A stretch of 48,910 nucleotides of DNA, from positions 1-48,910 of IMG/VR virus record IMGVR_UViG_3300022221_000012; one strand, written 5' to 3'. The notes under the pieces were generated by a model, which did no database searches, had not been told where the DNA came from, and saw nothing but the letters and a program-made list of their open reading frames with translations. This document shows positions 46,021-48,910 of this stretch, piece after piece. The first letter of the stretch is position 1. The number at the start of each line of letters is the position of its first letter. A program made the position numbers and the translations under genes. The stretch is from a virus. Lineage: Duplodnaviria > Caudoviricetes.

Positions 46021-46049
46021 TTGTGGAAACATTGCGTGGCGTGGGTGGC

Positions 46050-46077
46050 AAAAAAAATCCCTGCTTTTGGCAGGGAT
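46050..46077 (-). terminator. Intrinsic terminator at the end of the nin-like operon
   Basis: ATCCCTGC-CAAAA-GCAGGGAT followed by a T run on the - strand. Confidence 0.8.
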
Positions 46078-46142
46078 AAATCGTCAGGGGAGGACGTGTT
46101 CTTTGTTGGTGGCTAGTCTGGCAATGTAGGTAAACTACCGCG

Positions 46143-46373
46143 CTAATGCGTTCCTGTCAATAGCTGTTTATTTTTTATTTCTGTCTTGTAATAGTCAACC
46201 ATCATACCAAAGACGCCGCGCTTTACCGCGTCTCGCAATACATATGATTGACCAAATACTCCTGCGCCAGTGACTATTGCTGTGCTTACCTGATCAAGAA
46301 GCAGGTTATTAGACACACTTTGGTTTAATGCTTGCATCGCTGTACTGTCAAGCGACAAACGAATCGTATTCAT
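46143..46373 (-). CDS. Hypothetical protein
   Basis: 76-aa ORF overlapping the upstream gene end. Confidence 0.5.
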   Translation of the reverse strand: MNTIRLSLDSTAMQALNQSVSNNLLLDQVSTAIVTGAGVFGQSYVLRDAVKRGVFGMMVDYYKTEIKNKQLLTGTH

Positions 46374-46764
46374 CCCAGTTCACGCCTTCCGTTAATATTA
46401 GGTTTTGAAGCTCTAGCAGAACGCTATCGCTGCCGAATTTTTCATGGAATATCACGCTTTCTGAGTTAATGCCAGAAAGCGCTGGCCCAAGTTCGCGCCT
46501 TAGATCAGATATTCTCCTGTCCATACCTGGGTTGCTTGGGTCTTTGTAGCCTTGATTGGTTCCTCTGTGATGCCAAACGCATAGGCTGTATGTTTCATCA
46601 TGGCCTAGCCTGCTATTAGCATCAACAATGTGGTTGATCTCGATGTACTGCCATTGTTCTTGAATACCGGCAACAATGCATGCCATGCAAGCACCTTGCA
46701 TCTTCATGCGCTCGAATCGTTTGCTTTGTGCCTTTGTTGGGCTACCTGTGCTGTGTTTAAGCAT
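46348..46764 (-). CDS. Ref-like/HNH-type recombination-associated nuclease
   Basis: CMAC..EINHI..RLGH..LCVWHHRG..FHEKFGSD..LL. Confidence 0.75.
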   Translation of the reverse strand: MLKHSTGSPTKAQSKRFERMKMQGACMACIVAGIQEQWQYIEINHIVDANSRLGHDETYSLCVWHHRGTNQGYKDPSNPGMDRRISDLRRELGPALSGINSESVIFHEKFGSDSVLLELQNLILTEGVNWDEYDSFVA

Positions 46765-47195
46765 TACTTTCGCCTTAATCTTGGGTCTGGGTCTGGTACA
46801 TAAATGTCCATGTCTGCGCTTTCACGCTGTACCAATGCATAGAACTCGCAGAACTGAGCAGTATTGATTAAGTCATAAGCTCCGTTCTCATCCGTTGTTG
46901 TTGTCCTGACTGGCCTGGGTACTGACTTACCAAAGACATTCACGTGCGTAGTACCAAAGAATGAACAGCAAAAGTAAAAGTGCAGGTCGTCTTTATCGTT
47001 ACCTGTTACATCGCTGATGATTGCGTATGCCACGCCGAATAGCGCTCTGTTCTGTGCTGCTGAGCGGTCTTCTTTGTGAACAGCGACTTTGACCTTTAGC
47101 CATCTGTCTGGACTTGCTTGGACAAGCTCTCTGCACATGGCTCTTAGTGCTGCCACACGGTTTTTTGGTGGTATTGAGAACTCTGCTTTGCTCAT
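46764..47195 (-). CDS. NinB/YbcN-like recombination protein
   Basis: RSAAQNRALF, DDLHFYF, RTTT, FCEFY, IYVPDP. Confidence 0.75.
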   Translation of the reverse strand: MSKAEFSIPPKNRVAALRAMCRELVQASPDRWLKVKVAVHKEDRSAAQNRALFGVAYAIISDVTGNDKDDLHFYFCCSFFGTTHVNVFGKSVPRPVRTTTTDENGAYDLINTAQFCEFYALVQRESADMDIYVPDPDPRLRRK

Positions 47196-47244
47196 ATCGT
47201 TAGATTTTCGTTGGTTTTGTTAAGCCGCCATTATCCTGTTAGGT

Positions 47245-47469
47245 TTATTGTGGGTTTTCTTTCTCGAACATCAATGGCTCAATTGTGGTGGTGCTTGTCC
47301 TGCTGCTCAACACTTCATTGCATATGCTATTAAGTGCTTTATAGAACTTGGCCTTACTTCGCTGTCTGTTTATGTAGTCGGTTATGCTTTTAGGTGTTTT
47401 TTCTTTCGATCCGTCACCGAAAGATACCCACTCCCATGGCTTGTTTGGTTGATTCGGGTCATTATTCAT
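47245..47469 (-). CDS. Hypothetical protein
   Basis: Start at MNNDPN overlapping the end of the Q-like gene. Confidence 0.5.
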   Translation of the reverse strand: MNNDPNQPNKPWEWVSFGDGSKEKTPKSITDYINRQRSKAKFYKALNSICNEVLSSRTSTTTIEPLMFEKENPQ

Positions 47470-48103
47470 TACTGAGCGCCTTTGAGTGCTGCCGCACCGC
47501 CTCGGCTTCAAGGTCTTTAATTTCATTCAGAAACCAATCGTAGTACGGCTGAATGTTGTTAATGTAAGTTGAATACCTAATACCGATTAGCTTTGCTCTT
47601 TTGGACTTGCTGATAGGTATCACTCCATTGCCTGCGCACTTTGGGCAATTACCGATAGCTATGCCTATTTTCTTTTCGTTTGTTATAGGGGCCAGTCCGT
47701 AGCCGTGGCAGTGTTTGCAGTCGTTTCGGTGTGCTAGCTCTACTAGCGCGCTGTGCGCTATTCTTTTAACCGCTACTATTGCGCCCTTCTTTGTTATTGC
47801 CTTGTTTAGTTGTGGAAACCCGCTAGGTTTCTTCTGGGCTTTCTTTAGGTTTATGTGTCTGGCGAACCGATTGACAAGCTCTTTTGTTATTTCGTCGCTA
47901 TTAGATGCCGTCGAATAAGCAGGCCACCAAAACCATTCGTATATCCTTCGTGCCAGCTTGTTTTCAATCTGTGTTAGCGCTGCTGCTATGTCCTGTGCCG
48001 AAAAATCTGGCATGGACACTACATGCGTTCCTAGCTGCATTTGACGTACTAGCGCTGGGCTTGCTGCGCCTAGTCTTGCCATTAGCTTGCGCGGGTCTGT
48101 CAT
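47462..48103 (-). CDS. Late-gene antitermination protein Q-like
   Basis: SAQDIAAAL, zinc finger CKHCHGYG..CPKCAGNG, C-terminal helix; upstream of the lysis/late genes. Confidence 0.75.
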   Translation of the reverse strand: MTDPRKLMARLGAASPALVRQMQLGTHVVSMPDFSAQDIAAALTQIENKLARRIYEWFWWPAYSTASNSDEITKELVNRFARHINLKKAQKKPSGFPQLNKAITKKGAIVAVKRIAHSALVELAHRNDCKHCHGYGLAPITNEKKIGIAIGNCPKCAGNGVIPISKSKRAKLIGIRYSTYINNIQPYYDWFLNEIKDLEAEAVRQHSKALSNE

Positions 48104-48492
48104 TGTTTCGGCATCCTCAAGTATGCGTTAATAACGTCAATAGCTTCTTGTGCTGTGTAGCATACATTGGTTTTTGCTCCTTGGGAACGCACAAAGTTAC
48201 CGAATTTTTCTTGTTTGTCTGTCAGGCCTCCGTTTTTTTCTTTTTCTCTGCCTTCGGCCTTCATTTCGATCCATAGCCCTGTTGATCCCTTGCGCGATAC
48301 GGGCAGGTGATAATCCCACACTCCAGCCTTTACGCCTTCTGCCTTTAGTATTGCGCCTTGCAGCGCTGTTCTGTTGCCGCCATTGGGGATATGGAATAGC
48401 CATGCCAGCTCGGGCCACGCGCATTCTTGATACTCGCGCCATTTCTCTAGCGCTTTGCATTGCGCTGACTCAATGTGGTTTTGCTTGGTCAT
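48100..48492 (-). CDS. VRR-NUC domain nuclease
   Basis: ESAQ, FHIPNGG, EGVKAGVWD, LWIEMK, LTDKQ. Confidence 0.9.
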   Translation of the reverse strand: MTKQNHIESAQCKALEKWREYQECAWPELAWLFHIPNGGNRTALQGAILKAEGVKAGVWDYHLPVSRKGSTGLWIEMKAEGREKEKNGGLTDKQEKFGNFVRSQGAKTNVCYTAQEAIDVINAYLRMPKQ

Positions 48493-48910
48493 GCGTCTAG
48501 CCTCCCTCTAAGCAATTCAAATGCGACCGCTGCCACTCTCGGAACTTGGCCGTTTCCAATGGCTTTAAGTCTGTCCACCCTATTGGCCACGCCATGAGCC
48601 ACTCGACCCAATCTGGGTTCAACGTCCCACCAACTGATGCGTCCGGCTTCACAGCCGTTGATAGCCCTATCTGCTTGCCAATTGCTATGCGCCTCTGAAT
48701 TGAGGGGTCGCTCATGTTGCCCCTGTCTCGGTTGTCCGAGGCTTGCGGAGTCGGCCATTTTTGTGCCGCTACTTGATCGTTCAAGTTCCGCGAGCGCTCT
48801 GGATTGTGCCACCGATCCGCGCCGCCCGTCCGGTAGTCCCGCGCCTGTGGTGTTGCCCACTTCTGCATATTGCTCACCTGATCGCGCAGATTCGCTGGCT
48901 TGCTTCGGCC
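48489..48910 (-). CDS. C-terminal part of a C5-cytosine DNA methyltransferase, frame A with motif X; 5' end outside the window
   Basis: WWDVEPRLGRVAHGVANRVDRLKAIGNGQVPRVAAVAFELL; frame stays open to the window edge. Confidence 0.8.
   Translation of the reverse strand, partial: PKQASESARSGEQYAEVGNTTGAGLPDGRRGSVAQSRALAELERSSSGTKMADSASLGQPRQGQHERPLNSEAHSNWQADRAINGCEAGRISWWDVEPRLGRVAHGVANRVDRLKAIGNGQVPRVAAVAFELLRGRLDA
48497..48910 (-). CDS. Overlapping alternative-frame methyltransferase polypeptide, frame B with WxTP repeats and motif IX-like end; 5' end outside the window
   Basis: NLRDQV..WATPQARD..NLNDQV..WPTPQASD..LNPDWVEWLMAWPIGWT; frame stays open to the window edge. Confidence 0.7.
   Translation of the reverse strand, partial: GRSKPANLRDQVSNMQKWATPQARDYRTGGADRWHNPERSRNLNDQVAAQKWPTPQASDNRDRGNMSDPSIQRRIAIGKQIGLSTAVKPDASVGGTLNPDWVEWLMAWPIGWTDLKPLETAKFREWQRSHLNCLEGG

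Larger units (their letters stand above)
1..48910. mobile_element. Tailed dsDNA bacteriophage or prophage segment, podovirus-like (933W/F116-like gene order)
   Basis: terS-terL-portal-scaffold-major capsid order, lysis cassette with spanins, Q-like/NinB/VRR-NUC genes, giant terminal virion protein; no tape measure or sheath gene and no host housekeeping genes recognised. Confidence 0.95.

Overview
The whole window is most of the genome of a tailed dsDNA phage or prophage of a Gram-negative host, probably a short-tailed podovirus with 933W/F116-like gene order. No host chromosomal genes, integrase, repressor or replication genes are visible. The left ~5.6 kb (+ strand) is a run of small early genes including an HNH fusion and ssb, ending in a tRNA-Arg(UCU). 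Everything from 5670 to the right edge is on the - strand. In transcription order it holds: the 3' end of a C5-cytosine methyltransferase locus coded in two overlapping frames, VRR-NUC, a Q-like antiterminator, NinB-like and Ref-like genes, a structured non-coding segment, and a promoter/terminator-bounded two-gene moron with an RHH protein. It continues with a lysis cassette (holin, signal-peptide endolysin, a TM-coiled-coil-PAS protein, i- and o-spanins) and a ~6.4 kb fibre/decoration block placed unusually before the terminase. It ends with terS, terL, portal, scaffold, N4-gp56-like major capsid, tail/ejection genes and a 3746-aa polyvalent protein (pyrophosphatase-like, adenine MTase, zincin peptidase, GNAT-like, ADP-ribosyltransferase, PLxRFG). 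The best candidates for new biology are the PAS sensor in the lysis cassette, the dual-frame methyltransferase, the enzyme modules of the giant protein with their LYS junction motifs, the split-motif fibre module and the structured RNA/moron at 45.0-46.1 kb. All family assignments come from motif recognition by eye, with no database searches.
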